DNA of 64,000 bases from Dehalococcoidia bacterium (GCA_965197645.1 OZ240219.1:2816001-2880000); one strand, 5' to 3'. Positions 29,590 through 38,716 are shown, counted from the stretch's first letter. Notes: generated by a model from the letters alone, not told the origin. Made by a program: numbers and translations.

Positions 29590-30990
29590 CTAGCTCTCGG
29601 ACTCCTCTTCGCCGGCCTCATCCGCGGCGGTGCTCTTGGGGCTGCGGCGCTTGGCCCTCTGTACCGCCGCCTGCACAGCGGCCTGGTCCACCTCTTCCTG
29701 GTCGGTCGAGGCCCGGGCCCTAGCACGAGACCTACGGGGAGAGGCCGCCGTCTCCTCCTCTTCGGCTGTTGGGGCCTCCTCTTCGGCGGTCTCCGCGACC
29801 TCCACCATGGTCTCCGGTTCCTCTTGTTCTGCGACTGTATCCTCTGCAGGCCCTTCGTCTACAGCGACCGGTTCCTCGACGGCTACTGCCTCCTCTGCCT
29901 GGGCAACCTCGGCGACCGCTTCTTCCTCTTCCTCCAGTGTCTCCTCCGCCTGGGCAACTTCGGCGACCGCTTCTTCCTCTTCCTCCACTACCTCTTCCGC
30001 CTGGGCAACTTGGGCAACCTCGGCGACCGCTTCTTCCTCTTCCTCCACTGCCTCCTCCGCCTGGGCAACCTCGACTACCGCTTCTTCCTCTTCCTCCACT
30101 GCCTCCTCCGCCTGGGCAACCTCGACTACCGCTTCTTCCTCTTCCTCCACTGCCTCCTCCGCCTGGGCAACCTCGACTACCGCTTCTTCCTCTTCCTCCA
30201 CTGCCTCTTCCGCCTGGGCAACCTCGGCGACCGCTTCTTCTTCTTCCTCCACTGCCTCCTCCGCCTGGGCAACCTCGACTACCGCTTCTTCCTCTTCCTC
30301 CACTGCCTCTTCCGCCTGGGCAACCTCGGCGACCGCTTCTTCCTCTTCCTCCACTATCTCTTCCGCCTGGGCAACCTCGGCTACTGTTTCTTCCTCAGTG
30401 GTAGACTCAGCCACAGCAGTCGCCTCTTCGTCCTCGGCGGCAAGAACCTCCTCTATGGTAGGTTCGGCAGCGGGCGCGGCCACAGCCTCCGCCTTGGCCC
30501 GCCGTTTGGGCTTCTTGACCTTCTTTTCCACCTCCTCTTCCAACACCTCCACCGTGATAGAGGCTGAAATCTCCGGACTCAACCGGATGGGTGCCTCGTA
30601 GGTGCCTATGGCTTTGATAGGTCCTTCGATAGCCACCTCTCTGGCTGTTACATCCTGGTCGGTGGCTCTCTTGATCTCCTCGGCGATGGCCGCAGCGGAA
30701 ACCGACCCGTACAGGGTGCCGGAGGGGCTGGTCCGGGCCTTGATGGTAATGGTCAGCCCCTCAAGCTCCCGACCGAGGGCCTCGGCCCTGGACTCCGCGT
30801 TCTCAGACCGGAATGCAGCCTCCCTCTTCAGGGTCTCCACCCGGCGCAGCTGCTCTTTGGTCGCCGGAACAGCCAGCTGTTGGGGCAGCAGGTAGTTACG
30901 AGCGAAGCCGTTCTTTACGTCTCTCACGTCCCCTGCCGAAGCAACGTTGGGGACCTCTTCAAGAAATAGTACTTTCAAGGGATTCTCCAC
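29590..30990 (-). CDS. rplI: 50S ribosomal protein bL9 with a ~310-aa acidic repeat extension
   Basis: KVLFLEEV...VKNGFARNYLLP...LYGSVS in the first ~150 aa; Glu/Ala/Val-rich tail. Confidence 0.92.
   Translation of the reverse strand: MENPLKVLFLEEVPNVASAGDVRDVKNGFARNYLLPQQLAVPATKEQLRRVETLKREAAFRSENAESRAEALGRELEGLTITIKARTSPSGTLYGSVSAAAIAEEIKRATDQDVTAREVAIEGPIKAIGTYEAPIRLSPEISASITVEVLEEEVEKKVKKPKRRAKAEAVAAPAAEPTIEEVLAAEDEEATAVAESTTEEETVAEVAQAEEIVEEEEEAVAEVAQAEEAVEEEEEAVVEVAQAEEAVEEEEEAVAEVAQAEEAVEEEEEAVVEVAQAEEAVEEEEEAVVEVAQAEEAVEEEEEAVVEVAQAEEAVEEEEEAVAEVAQVAQAEEVVEEEEEAVAEVAQAEETLEEEEEAVAEVAQAEEAVAVEEPVAVDEGPAEDTVAEQEEPETMVEVAETAEEEAPTAEEEETAASPRRSRARARASTDQEEVDQAAVQAAVQRAKRRSPKSTAADEAGEEESES
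29885..30385 (-). repeat. 51-bp tandem repeat (17 aa EVAQAEEAVEEEEEAV[A/V]), 9 full units plus a partial one
   Basis: CTGGGCAAC recurs every 51 nt (e.g. 30061, 30112); one 9-nt duplication. Confidence 0.95.
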
Positions 30991-31070
30991 AAACTCCGAT
31001 TAGTCCACTGAAATCACATTATATTCCAGTGACGGCGAGCCGGACAAGAAGAGAGGAACGCGGGAAATGG

Positions 31071-33263
31071 CTATTTCAGAGCGTCGTCCAAGCCGGTAGT
31101 CCAGACCGTCTTTACTTCCTCCAGGGACATGTCCAGCCACGGCGCTATGACGAGGCGGTCGCCACCAACCACCCCCAGCTCCTTCACGGGAACATCCGCT
31201 TCACCGGCCGCTTTCCGTACCTCGGCAGCATCGTCCGGCTGGACTGAAACAACGATGCGGGACTGCGCCTCACCGAACAAGAGAGCATCCCAACGCGTGT
31301 CGCCGTCCAATCGGCCCTGGAAACCCGCCCCGCCTTTGATGCTGCATAGTGCCAGGGCCACGGCCAAGCCACCCAGGGAACAGTCGTGGGCCGACCTGAC
31401 CATTCCTTGATCGATCAGCCCGATGCAGCACTCCTGTACCCTCTTTTCCAGGGCCAGGTCCAACACAGGCTTCCCGGCGACCTTCCCATGGACTACCTCC
31501 AGGTACTCGCTTCCCCCCAGCCCGGCATCTCCGTCCCGGCCGCCCAACAGCAGTACCGCGTCTCCGGTCTCCCGAAATCCCATGTCACAGGCCTTGTCGA
31601 TCTCCTCGAGCAGGCCCAGCATCCCGACAACAGGAGTCGGGTACACCGGCTGGTCGCTGGTCTCGTTGTATAGGCTCACGTTGCCGCTGATCACGGGAAC
31701 TCCGAGCTCCCGGCAGGTATCGGCCATTCCGCGGATGCACTCCTCCATGCGGTAGTACACCTCGGGCTTCTCCGGGTTGCCAAAGTTGAGGCAGTCCGTG
31801 ACGGCGATCGGTCTCGCCCCAACGCATGCCACGTTGCGGGCCGCTTCGGCCACAGCGATGGCCCCTCCAACATAGGGGTCCAGGTAGCAGTACCGTCCGT
31901 TGCCATCGGTGGTCAGTGCTATCCCCTTGGACGTGCCCTTTATCCGCAGCACCGCCGCATCCGATCCCGGCGGTATCACCGTGTTGGTCTGCACCTGGTG
32001 ATCGTACTGCCGGTAAACCGATCGCTTGCTGGCGATGTTGGGAGAGCCCAGCAATCGGAGCAGCACGTCACTGGGTCCGATGGAAGGCAGCGGCACGTTG
32101 TCCAGCCTCTGCAGGGCGTCCATCTCGGGCGGCCTCACACCCTGCAAGCGGTATTGTGGGGCATCGGTCAGCAGGTCAACGGGCAAGTCAGCCTCCTGCG
32201 TGTCACCGTTCCATATCCTAGCCGTGCGATCGTCGGTAACCCGACCGATAACGTCTGCGCGAAGGTCCCACCTATTGGTCACCTCCCTCAACGCCAGCTC
32301 CTCTTCGGGCTTGACGATTACCAGCATCCTCTCCTGGGACTCGGACAGCATCACCTCGTAGGGAGTCATCCCGTCTTCCCGCCGGGCGACCTTGGCTACG
32401 TCCAGCTCTATTCCACTCCCCGCCCTGCCCGCGCTTTCGATGGCGGCACTGGTTAGACCCGCAGCTCCCAGATCAGCGATGCCGACTACTCCCTCCATCC
32501 GGGACAGCTCCATGCAAGCCTCGATGAGAACCTTCTCCAGGAATGGATTTCCAACCTGCACCGTGGGCCGCAGCTCTCGCTCCTCCTCAAAACTGCGCGA
32601 GGCCAGGCCCGACGCACCGTGTATCCCGTCCCGACCCGTATCCGCGCCTATCATTACCACGAGATTCCCTGATCCTTCGGCTCGTGCCCGCACCAGCCGG
32701 TCCGTCTCCACCAGCCCGACGCACATGGCGTTTACCAGCGGATTGCCAGAGTAGGACTCGGAGAAGAAGACCTCGCCACCGACGTTGGGGACGCCGATGC
32801 AGTTTCCGTAGTCGGCGATGCCCCCAACCACCCCGTCGAACAGGTATCGGTTCCGCTCTTTGTCCAGCGGCCCGAATCGCAGTGAGTTGAACAGGGCGAC
32901 CGGTCGGGCTCCCATGGTGAAGATGTCCCTGACTATGCCTCCAACGCCCGTCGCCGCCCCTTCGTGAGGCTCGATGGCCGAGGGGTGGTTGTGAGACTCG
33001 ATCTTCATCACCACCGAGAGCCCGTCACCAATATCGACTACCCCGGCGTTTTCCACCCCGGGACCCACCACCACCCTTTCGCCGGTGGACGGGAACTGTC
33101 TCAGCAGCGGCTTGGAGTGCTTGTAGCTGCAGTGCTCGCTCCACAGGGACCCCAGAATGCCCAGCTCGACGGAATTTGGCTCCCTGCCCAACCGCTCTAC
33201 GATGAGGTCGTACTCATCGAGACTCATGGCTATCTGGTCCAGGACTTCCTGCGATACGGCCAT
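31071..33263 (-). CDS. purL: Phosphoribosylformylglycinamidine synthase subunit PurL
   Basis: [36 protein letters not shown]; start ATG 33263. Confidence 0.97.
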   Translation of the reverse strand: MAVSQEVLDQIAMSLDEYDLIVERLGREPNSVELGILGSLWSEHCSYKHSKPLLRQFPSTGERVVVGPGVENAGVVDIGDGLSVVMKIESHNHPSAIEPHEGAATGVGGIVRDIFTMGARPVALFNSLRFGPLDKERNRYLFDGVVGGIADYGNCIGVPNVGGEVFFSESYSGNPLVNAMCVGLVETDRLVRARAEGSGNLVVMIGADTGRDGIHGASGLASRSFEEERELRPTVQVGNPFLEKVLIEACMELSRMEGVVGIADLGAAGLTSAAIESAGRAGSGIELDVAKVARREDGMTPYEVMLSESQERMLVIVKPEEELALREVTNRWDLRADVIGRVTDDRTARIWNGDTQEADLPVDLLTDAPQYRLQGVRPPEMDALQRLDNVPLPSIGPSDVLLRLLGSPNIASKRSVYRQYDHQVQTNTVIPPGSDAAVLRIKGTSKGIALTTDGNGRYCYLDPYVGGAIAVAEAARNVACVGARPIAVTDCLNFGNPEKPEVYYRMEECIRGMADTCRELGVPVISGNVSLYNETSDQPVYPTPVVGMLGLLEEIDKACDMGFRETGDAVLLLGGRDGDAGLGGSEYLEVVHGKVAGKPVLDLALEKRVQECCIGLIDQGMVRSAHDCSLGGLAVALALCSIKGGAGFQGRLDGDTRWDALLFGEAQSRIVVSVQPDDAAEVRKAAGEADVPVKELGVVGGDRLVIAPWLDMSLEEVKTVWTTGLDDALK

Positions 33264-33265
33264 TG

Positions 33266-34111
33266 TTAGTTTCTCACCACCAGCATACTGAGCAGCGCTA
33301 TTCCGTTGTTCAGGAAGTGGGCCAGCACCGAGCTCCACAATTGTCGGCTCCTATAGTAGGCCCCGGCCAGCAGCAACCCTAGAACGAACAGTGGAAATAT
33401 CTTGATCGGCTCTACGTGGGCCAGCCCGAAGAGCAGTGAGCTTATGGTCGCGGCCTTCCAGAATCCAAACCGGCCCGTCAGTCCGCCGAGCACAAACCCC
33501 CTGAAAAACAGCTCTTCGCACACCGGGGCAACAAGCAGGGCCAGGAGGGCGAGCAGGACCACGAAGACCGTTCCCCCTTCTAAGAAGGTAGGAGAGGCAG
33601 CTCCCTCTGTGTCGATTCCCACGGCTTCCAGAACGGTGAGGTAGGAGATCTGAACTATCAGGCCAACGATTACTACCGCAGCGGCAAAGCCAACGTCTCG
33701 TACATTTGGTCCTCTCTGGAAGCCCAGCGCCCTCCACGATATCCGGTATTTCGAGATGGCGAACAGCCAGACCGTCACCAACAGCAGCGCTTCGACGGCC
33801 GCTGTTGCCGCCAGCGCCAGTATCCCGGTGTCCTCCCCACCGATCAGGAGTAGAAGGAGAACAAACAGGGCAACCGCACTTACGGTAAAGGCTATAGCGA
33901 ACACGACCCCTTTCAAGACATCGAGGGGCGTCCACGGTATCCGGTCGCCGAAATCGGGTTCCCCGCTCCTAGCCACCTCCTCAGAGGCGGCTATCGCCGG
34001 CGCCGATTCCCAGCTCTGACCGCCGCACCGAGAACAGTATCGAAGCTCCTGCAACGAGGGTTGGTTGCACTGGCGGCACAGCTTCCACTGCTCCAACGTA
34101 TTCTCCGCCAT
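33266..34111 (-). CDS. CPBP (Abi/CAAX) intramembrane metalloprotease with an N-terminal zinc ribbon
   Basis: CRQC...CSRC; [18 protein letters not shown]. Confidence 0.88.
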   Translation of the reverse strand: MAENTLEQWKLCRQCNQPSLQELRYCSRCGGQSWESAPAIAASEEVARSGEPDFGDRIPWTPLDVLKGVVFAIAFTVSAVALFVLLLLLIGGEDTGILALAATAAVEALLLVTVWLFAISKYRISWRALGFQRGPNVRDVGFAAAVVIVGLIVQISYLTVLEAVGIDTEGAASPTFLEGGTVFVVLLALLALLVAPVCEELFFRGFVLGGLTGRFGFWKAATISSLLFGLAHVEPIKIFPLFVLGLLLAGAYYRSRQLWSSVLAHFLNNGIALLSMLVVRN

Positions 34112-34114
34112 GGA

Positions 34115-34816
34115 CTAGACCGCCGGTGCCTTCAGGTGCTCCACCACCGACTCGAACACCGGCCTGCCGTCCTCGCCGCCCAGGATCTCCTCGCAACAGC
34201 GTTCGGGATGGGGCATCATGCCCAGCACATTGCCCGCTGGGTTCACTATCCCCGCTATGCCATTCAAAGACCCGTTGGGGTTGGACTCGGGGGTTACGTC
34301 GCCGTTTTCATTGCAGTATCTGAACACTATCCGTCCGGACTCCTCCAGCTCCCGGATAGTGGGCTCATCGGCGTAGTACCTACCCTCACCGTGGGAGATG
34401 GGCATCCTGGCCACCTGTCCCGGTGAGTAGCCGCTACTGAAAGGCGTAGAGACATCTTCCACCCGCAAATCGACCCACTGGCATCGAAATTGGAGCACGT
34501 CGTTGCGCATCAGTACCCCGGGCAGCAGTCCCGCTTCGCAAAGTATCTGGAAGCCGTTGCATATCCCTATCACCGGCTTCCCTCGCTCGGCGAACTTCCT
34601 GATCTCGCCCATAACCGGCGCAAAACGAGCGATGGCGCCGCATCTGAGGTAATCTCCGTAGGAGAATCCGCCGGGCAGGACCAGGCAATCGTACCCGGAC
34701 AGGTCCGATTCCTGGTGCCAGACGTAGGACACATCCTGTTCTAGGACCTGGGATAGCACGTGGTGGCAATCTCCATCGCTCCACGTGCCTGGAAAAACGA
34801 CCACGCCAAACTTCAT
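34115..34816 (-). CDS. purQ: Phosphoribosylformylglycinamidine synthase subunit PurQ
   Basis: [26 protein letters not shown]. Confidence 0.97.
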   Translation of the reverse strand: MKFGVVVFPGTWSDGDCHHVLSQVLEQDVSYVWHQESDLSGYDCLVLPGGFSYGDYLRCGAIARFAPVMGEIRKFAERGKPVIGICNGFQILCEAGLLPGVLMRNDVLQFRCQWVDLRVEDVSTPFSSGYSPGQVARMPISHGEGRYYADEPTIRELEESGRIVFRYCNENGDVTPESNPNGSLNGIAGIVNPAGNVLGMMPHPERCCEEILGGEDGRPVFESVVEHLKAPAV

Positions 34817-34928
34817 CCTGGGATAGCACGTGGTGGCTCCGATTCCACGTGTCTACCACGAATCATCCGTCCTCCGATTCGTCTAGGAATACTCGGCTAT
34901 GATACTTCATGGGCAGACCGGTATAAAC

Positions 34929-34977
34929 AAAAGGCCCGGTCTTTCCGCACCCACCCTCAGGGGATGCCAACCGGGCC
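34929..34977 (-). terminator. Probable intrinsic terminator after yqeY
   Basis: GGCCCGGT...ACCGGGCC stem followed by TTTT on the minus strand. Confidence 0.5.
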
Positions 34978-35017
34978 ATTCTGCAATCTGTTTGGATGAA
35001 ATCAGTAGTCGAATACG

Positions 35018-35473
35018 CTAGCCTTCCAGGGCTTGGAGGAGGCCGGTAACCACCTCGTTCACCTCTCTGCCGTCGGCCTTGCCCTTGAGCTGGCCCATAA
35101 GCTTACCCATCACCTTGCCTTTGTCGCCAGGGCCCTGGGCGCCCACCTCGCCGATTACCCGTTGGGCAACCTCGCTGATCTCCTCGCGGGACATCTGCTC
35201 GGGCATGTAGGCCATAATCACCGCCAGCTCCGCCTCTTCCCTCTCCAGCAAGTCGGTCCGGTCCGCCTTGCGAAACTCCTCGATGCTCTCCTTGCGGCTC
35301 CTCACCTCCCGAGATACGGCCTGGACCAGTTCCGCATCGTCCAGCGGCTCGCCCTTGGCTTTCTCGGCGTAAAGAATCGACGACTTCAGCATCCGCAATG
35401 CGGAGCGTCTCACGTCGTCCTTGCTTCGGACCGCGTCCAGCAGTTCTGCTTGTAGCTGTTCCTGTAGGGACAT
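35018..35473 (-). CDS. GatB/YqeY domain protein
   Basis: LRMLKS, RKESIEEF, YMPEQMS, GKVMG, KGKADG; follows rpsU. Confidence 0.92.
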   Translation of the reverse strand: MSLQEQLQAELLDAVRSKDDVRRSALRMLKSSILYAEKAKGEPLDDAELVQAVSREVRSRKESIEEFRKADRTDLLEREEAELAVIMAYMPEQMSREEISEVAQRVIGEVGAQGPGDKGKVMGKLMGQLKGKADGREVNEVVTGLLQALEG

Positions 35474-35525
35474 AGAAAAGACCGGGAAACCCCGGCTTGG
35501 AATAGATTAGAGTTGACCGCCCAGC

Positions 35526-35708
35526 CTAGGTGCGCCTGAGGCTCTTCCGCCTTCTGGCCGCTTCCTTCTTCTTGCGCTTGATGCTGGGCTTTTCGAAATA
35601 CTCTCGACGGCGCGCCTCGGACAGTATGCCATTCTGCTGGACTTTCTTGTTGAATCTCTTCAGGAGGCTCTCGAAATTCTCGTCTCGTCCTAGCCTTACC
35701 TCTGCCAC
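35526..35708 (-). CDS. rpsU: 30S ribosomal protein bS21
   Basis: ENFESLLKRFNKKV...RRREYFEKPSIKRKKK. Confidence 0.96.
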   Translation of the reverse strand: MAEVRLGRDENFESLLKRFNKKVQQNGILSEARRREYFEKPSIKRKKKEAARRRKSLRRT

Positions 35709-35809
35709 ATCGGATTCCCCCTTTCCAGACAGTTTGAGGCTTTCCCACCTCTATCGGCGATTATAGGCACACCCGAAAAAATGTGTCAAGGAAACTGGCA
35801 ATGATGCAC

Positions 35810-35838
35810 TTGACACACCCTGATAGCTGTGATACGAT
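35810..35838 (+). promoter_or_regulatory. Sigma70-type promoter for the transposase, -35 inside the left TIR
   Basis: TTGACA-17 nt-TACGAT. Confidence 0.6.
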
Positions 35839-35867
35839 TTCCTTGTAGTCAAAACGAGGTATCACAG

Positions 35868-36866
35868 ATGCAATCAGAGAAGCTAACCTTTCAAGCGGTG
35901 TTGCGGTGGGATGAGGAACAGTGCAGGCATTTTCTAGCCTCAATGCGGTGGCCTCAAGGTATCCGTTGCCCCAAGTGCGGCGCTACAGACGAACCTTACA
36001 CCATCACCCGCAAAAAGCCAGGCAAAAACAAGGTAACATCCCTCTACAAGTGCCGGGCTTGTAAGCGCCAGTTCAGCGCCACCCTCGGAACCATCTTTGA
36101 AGACAGCCACATTCCCCTCAACAAGTGGCTGGCGGCCTTATTCCTGATGGTGTCCAGCAAGAAGGGCATCAGTGCCCACCAGCTTTACCGCCTTCTTGAT
36201 TTGGGTTCCTACCGTACCGGGTGGTTCATGGCCCATCGTATACGGGAAGCTATGCGGGAGAAGGGATTGCTTGAACCTCTGTCCGGCGATGTAGAGGCCG
36301 ACGAAACGTACTTGCACCCTCGCCGCCGGCGTGGAAGCCCTGGATACCATGAGCGTGTCCAGGATGAGATTGAGATGGGCATTCGCCCGAAGCCCAGGCG
36401 GAAAGGCCCCTACGAGGGCAAGGCGGTTGTGTTCGGCATGCAAGAGCGTGATGCGAATGTTAGGACGGTGCATGTGCCCGACGCAACTCGCCAGACACTG
36501 CACCCGATAATCCGGCGGTGGATCGACTCGTTAAACACACGGCTGATTACGGACCAGCACCCGGCCTATCGTTTAGCGAAACGGTTCGTGAAGCACGAAA
36601 CCATCAACCACGAAACCGAGTACGTCCGGGGCGATGTGCACACGCAGAATATCGACAACTACTGGTCGATCTTCAAGAGGGGCATCTACGGGGTGTTCCA
36701 CCACATTGGGGAGGACTACCTACCCAACTACCTCAGCGAGTTTGACTTTAGGCGGAACCGGCGGAAGATATCGGACGTGGAGCGGTTCGTTAGTCTGATG
36801 GGCCAGCTTCAGGGCCGTCTTCTGTGGTACTGCAAGACTCCCCAGCCGGCGAATCCTTACGCGTAG
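35868..36866 (+). CDS. IS1595 family transposase (Zn ribbon + DDE_Tnp_IS1595)
   Basis: RWPQGIRCPKC, YKCRACKRQFS, GTIFEDSHIPL, KKGISAHQL, VEADETY, ITD, HTQNIDNYW, YLSEFDFR; GAGGT RBS. Confidence 0.95.
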   Translation: MQSEKLTFQAVLRWDEEQCRHFLASMRWPQGIRCPKCGATDEPYTITRKKPGKNKVTSLYKCRACKRQFSATLGTIFEDSHIPLNKWLAALFLMVSSKKGISAHQLYRLLDLGSYRTGWFMAHRIREAMREKGLLEPLSGDVEADETYLHPRRRRGSPGYHERVQDEIEMGIRPKPRRKGPYEGKAVVFGMQERDANVRTVHVPDATRQTLHPIIRRWIDSLNTRLITDQHPAYRLAKRFVKHETINHETEYVRGDVHTQNIDNYWSIFKRGIYGVFHHIGEDYLPNYLSEFDFRRNRRKISDVERFVSLMGQLQGRLLWYCKTPQPANPYA

Positions 36867-36960
36867 CGTCATCATCCCGCACTAGCGCGGTCACCGCTTC
36901 CTCGAACGATAGGTGCGCCAGCGAGATTCGTGTTTCGGCCTCGCTCCGCCTTTCAGTCAT
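36790..36960 (-). CDS. Small passenger ORF convergent on and overlapping the transposase 3' end
   Basis: GGAGG RBS before ATG 36960; RISLAHLSFEEAVTALVR helix. Confidence 0.5.
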   Translation of the reverse strand: MTERRSEAETRISLAHLSFEEAVTALVRDDDATRKDSPAGESCSTTEDGPEAGPSD

Positions 36961-36994
36961 TGATCGTGCCTCCCCATTCATGTTACCCTAAATA

Positions 36995-37071
36995 GCGAAC
37001 GGCGACCCGAGCCTACTCGTCTGCAGGTTCCGACACCTGGTGTTAGCAGCACCGGGCGGGTCGCCGTTCAC
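36995..37071 (+). ncRNA. Candidate structured RNA directly upstream of the allo-tRNA
   Basis: Perfect 13-bp stem GAACGGCGACCCG (36997-37009)/CGGGTCGCCGTTC (37057-37069) enclosing hairpin CCTGGTG-TTAGCAG-CACCGGG. Confidence 0.55.
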
Positions 37072-37073
37072 TT

Positions 37074-37164
37074 GGAAGGAGACCTAAGCTGGTGCTTAAT
37101 GCGGGCTTAAAACCTGTAGGGGCCGTGCCCACAGCGCGGTCAGGTTCGATTCCCTCTCCTTCCG
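37074..37164 (+). tRNA. Non-canonical tRNA-Sec-like 9/3 'allo-tRNA', anticodon UAA
   Basis: 9-bp acceptor GGAAGGAGA/TCTCCTTCC, discriminator G; D-stem TAAGC/GCTTA with TGGT loop; anticodon loop CTTAAAA; 8-bp variable arm; GGTTCGATTCC T-arm; no encoded CCA. Confidence 0.8.
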
Positions 37165-37186
37165 CTCTATCAAAAGGAGTTTAATC

Positions 37187-37663
37187 ATGCACGATGCAAG
37201 CAACAATAACGGGCAAACATCCAAAATGACTGTACAAGCAGATATGCACAGTGAAGCGGTCATTGTGGAACTTCAGGCGTTGTTGCGGCAACAAGAAACG
37301 GAGCGGCAAGCTGCTGAGCGCAAGATGGTTGAAGCCCGTGATACGGTGGCGGCAAACGAGCAAGCCATCGCTCACATCCAAGCCACCATCGACATGTACC
37401 GAGAGAAACACGGATTGCCTATTCCCAAAGACGAACAAGACCCTGTACTGGCGTCAGAATATGCGCGCATGGGGCCGACCGCATTGGTCAAGACATGGGC
37501 CGGCAGACACAACGGCGAAGTGATGGTCAAGGACCTTACTAAAGTTGGGCTAAAGGCTGGCGTGTTTCAAAAGTACCGCAACGGGTCAAGCAGCATCTAT
37601 TCCGTGCTGAAACGAGGCCCCTATGAACAGATCAAGCCAGGGCATTTTCGACAGCGACGCTAA
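37187..37663 (+). CDS. Passenger protein: N-terminal coiled coil plus possible winged-helix C-terminus
   Basis: AAGGAG RBS; heptad-like ELQALLRQQETERQAAERKM...; C-terminal SIYSVLKRGPYEQIKPGHF. Confidence 0.65.
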   Translation: MHDASNNNGQTSKMTVQADMHSEAVIVELQALLRQQETERQAAERKMVEARDTVAANEQAIAHIQATIDMYREKHGLPIPKDEQDPVLASEYARMGPTALVKTWAGRHNGEVMVKDLTKVGLKAGVFQKYRNGSSSIYSVLKRGPYEQIKPGHFRQRR

Positions 37664-37664
37664 C

Positions 37665-38207
37665 TTACTGGCGTTCCACGTCCACAGAAAACATCACGGA
37701 TTCAGTGGAGGGCAGGTAGTACAGGGTGAGCCACGCTTTCCCCTTCTTAGTCTGTAACTTTTTCTGGGTAAGGTTAAGGTCGTCTATCTTTGACACCACC
37801 CAGGTTTCCCCCTCCCGCCACTGACTCCCCATCGCTATCTGTAGCATCTTGCGCACAAGCGGGTCGATTATGGCCAGTGTGCTTGCCTGCAACCGGAACG
37901 TCGCCTCGATAGCATTAACACCCTCGCTCGGCCCGAATATGTCTACCGTGATATCCCCGGTCCGTGTCTTGGTGCTATACCAGTCGTTCGTATGCTTGTT
38001 GAGCGGCATCAACCCAATGCTCAACTGCTTGAAGCTGCTAAAGGCATCTTGGCGGCTGACGCCAAAATCGCCAGTGGTTGCTAGCGGGGTTGGTGCCGCT
38101 GTATAAGCCGGCGTGGGTGGGACGTACGGCTTGGCCTCGCAAGCTACCGCTCCAGTCATTAGGATCGCGATGGCTAGAATGGCAAGAATCCGAATCGGCT
38201 TGAACAT
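37665..38207 (-). CDS. Passenger lipoprotein of unknown function
   Basis: MFKPIRILAILAIAILMTGAVAC signal/lipobox followed by a P/T-rich linker. Confidence 0.7.
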   Translation of the reverse strand: MFKPIRILAILAIAILMTGAVACEAKPYVPPTPAYTAAPTPLATTGDFGVSRQDAFSSFKQLSIGLMPLNKHTNDWYSTKTRTGDITVDIFGPSEGVNAIEATFRLQASTLAIIDPLVRKMLQIAMGSQWREGETWVVSKIDDLNLTQKKLQTKKGKAWLTLYYLPSTESVMFSVDVERQ

Positions 38208-38461
38208 GTGGAACCCCCTTGCAAGTACGGATTCGGCACTTGCTACAGTCGCCGCGTCCATGTCAGCCTCGCAAGGGGGCACGTGGCCAAACCTATACAG
38301 GCTGACTGGAGACGACTGTAGCGTCGCCAATGTAACTTACGGGGGTGGGTGTGTCAAATGACTAATTGCCAGGAAACTGGCCTTGAACCCGCTTGGAGGC
38401 CCTCATATACTGGGACCGGAGCACTATCAAGCCGACAGCGAGTATCAAAGAGGAGGACGAG

Positions 38462-38716
38462 ATGCCCGAGGAGGAGATTGGCAGCGTGTCCGATTTCTTC
38501 GCACGTCCAGTTGTGGCCGGCATAGAGTTGACCAGCTCTCTCAAAGTGGGCGATACGATCCACATCAAAGGCCACACCACGGACCTGCAGTTCACCGTCG
38601 CATCGATGCAGATAGACAACGACAGTGTTGAAGAGGCTTCGGCGGGGCAGGCCGTTGGCATCAAGCTATCCGATCGGGCCAGAAGGGGAGATAAGGTCTA
38701 CAAGGTCGTCGAGTAG
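38462..38716 (+). CDS. Small beta-barrel 'translation elongation factor-like' (EF-Tu domain II / U32 C-terminal-like) protein
   Basis: IGSVSDFF..PVVAGIEL...LKVGDTIHIKGHTTD...SMQID...VGIK; GAGGAGG RBS. Confidence 0.8.
   Translation: MPEEEIGSVSDFFARPVVAGIELTSSLKVGDTIHIKGHTTDLQFTVASMQIDNDSVEEASAGQAVGIKLSDRARRGDKVYKVVE

Larger units (their letters stand above)
35797..38370 (+). mobile_element. Complete IS1595-family element with passenger genes (2574 bp)
   Basis: TIRs GGCAATGATGCACTTGACACACCC (35797-35820) and revcomp GGCAATTAGTCATTTGACACACCC (38347-38370); identical 8-bp flanks AGGAAACT at 35789-35796 and 38371-38378; lower GC inside. Confidence 0.93.

Noticed and set aside
29885-30385. Possible CRISPR array
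   Set aside because: No unique spacers; the 51-bp unit is an in-frame coding repeat within rplI; no cas genes
29566-30601. Long plus-strand ORFs (333, 323 and 211 aa)
   Set aside because: Antisense shadows of the low-complexity rplI repeat
34817-35017. Purine or ZTP riboswitch upstream of purQ
   Set aside because: Conserved aptamer motifs not found; only a terminator-like hairpin
37074-37164. Reading the element as the genome's canonical tRNA-Sec (selC) serving the nearby UGA genes
   Set aside because: The anticodon is UAA, not UCA; acceptor plus T stem total 12 bp, not 13; and it lies inside a recently inserted IS, so its proximity is probably coincidental
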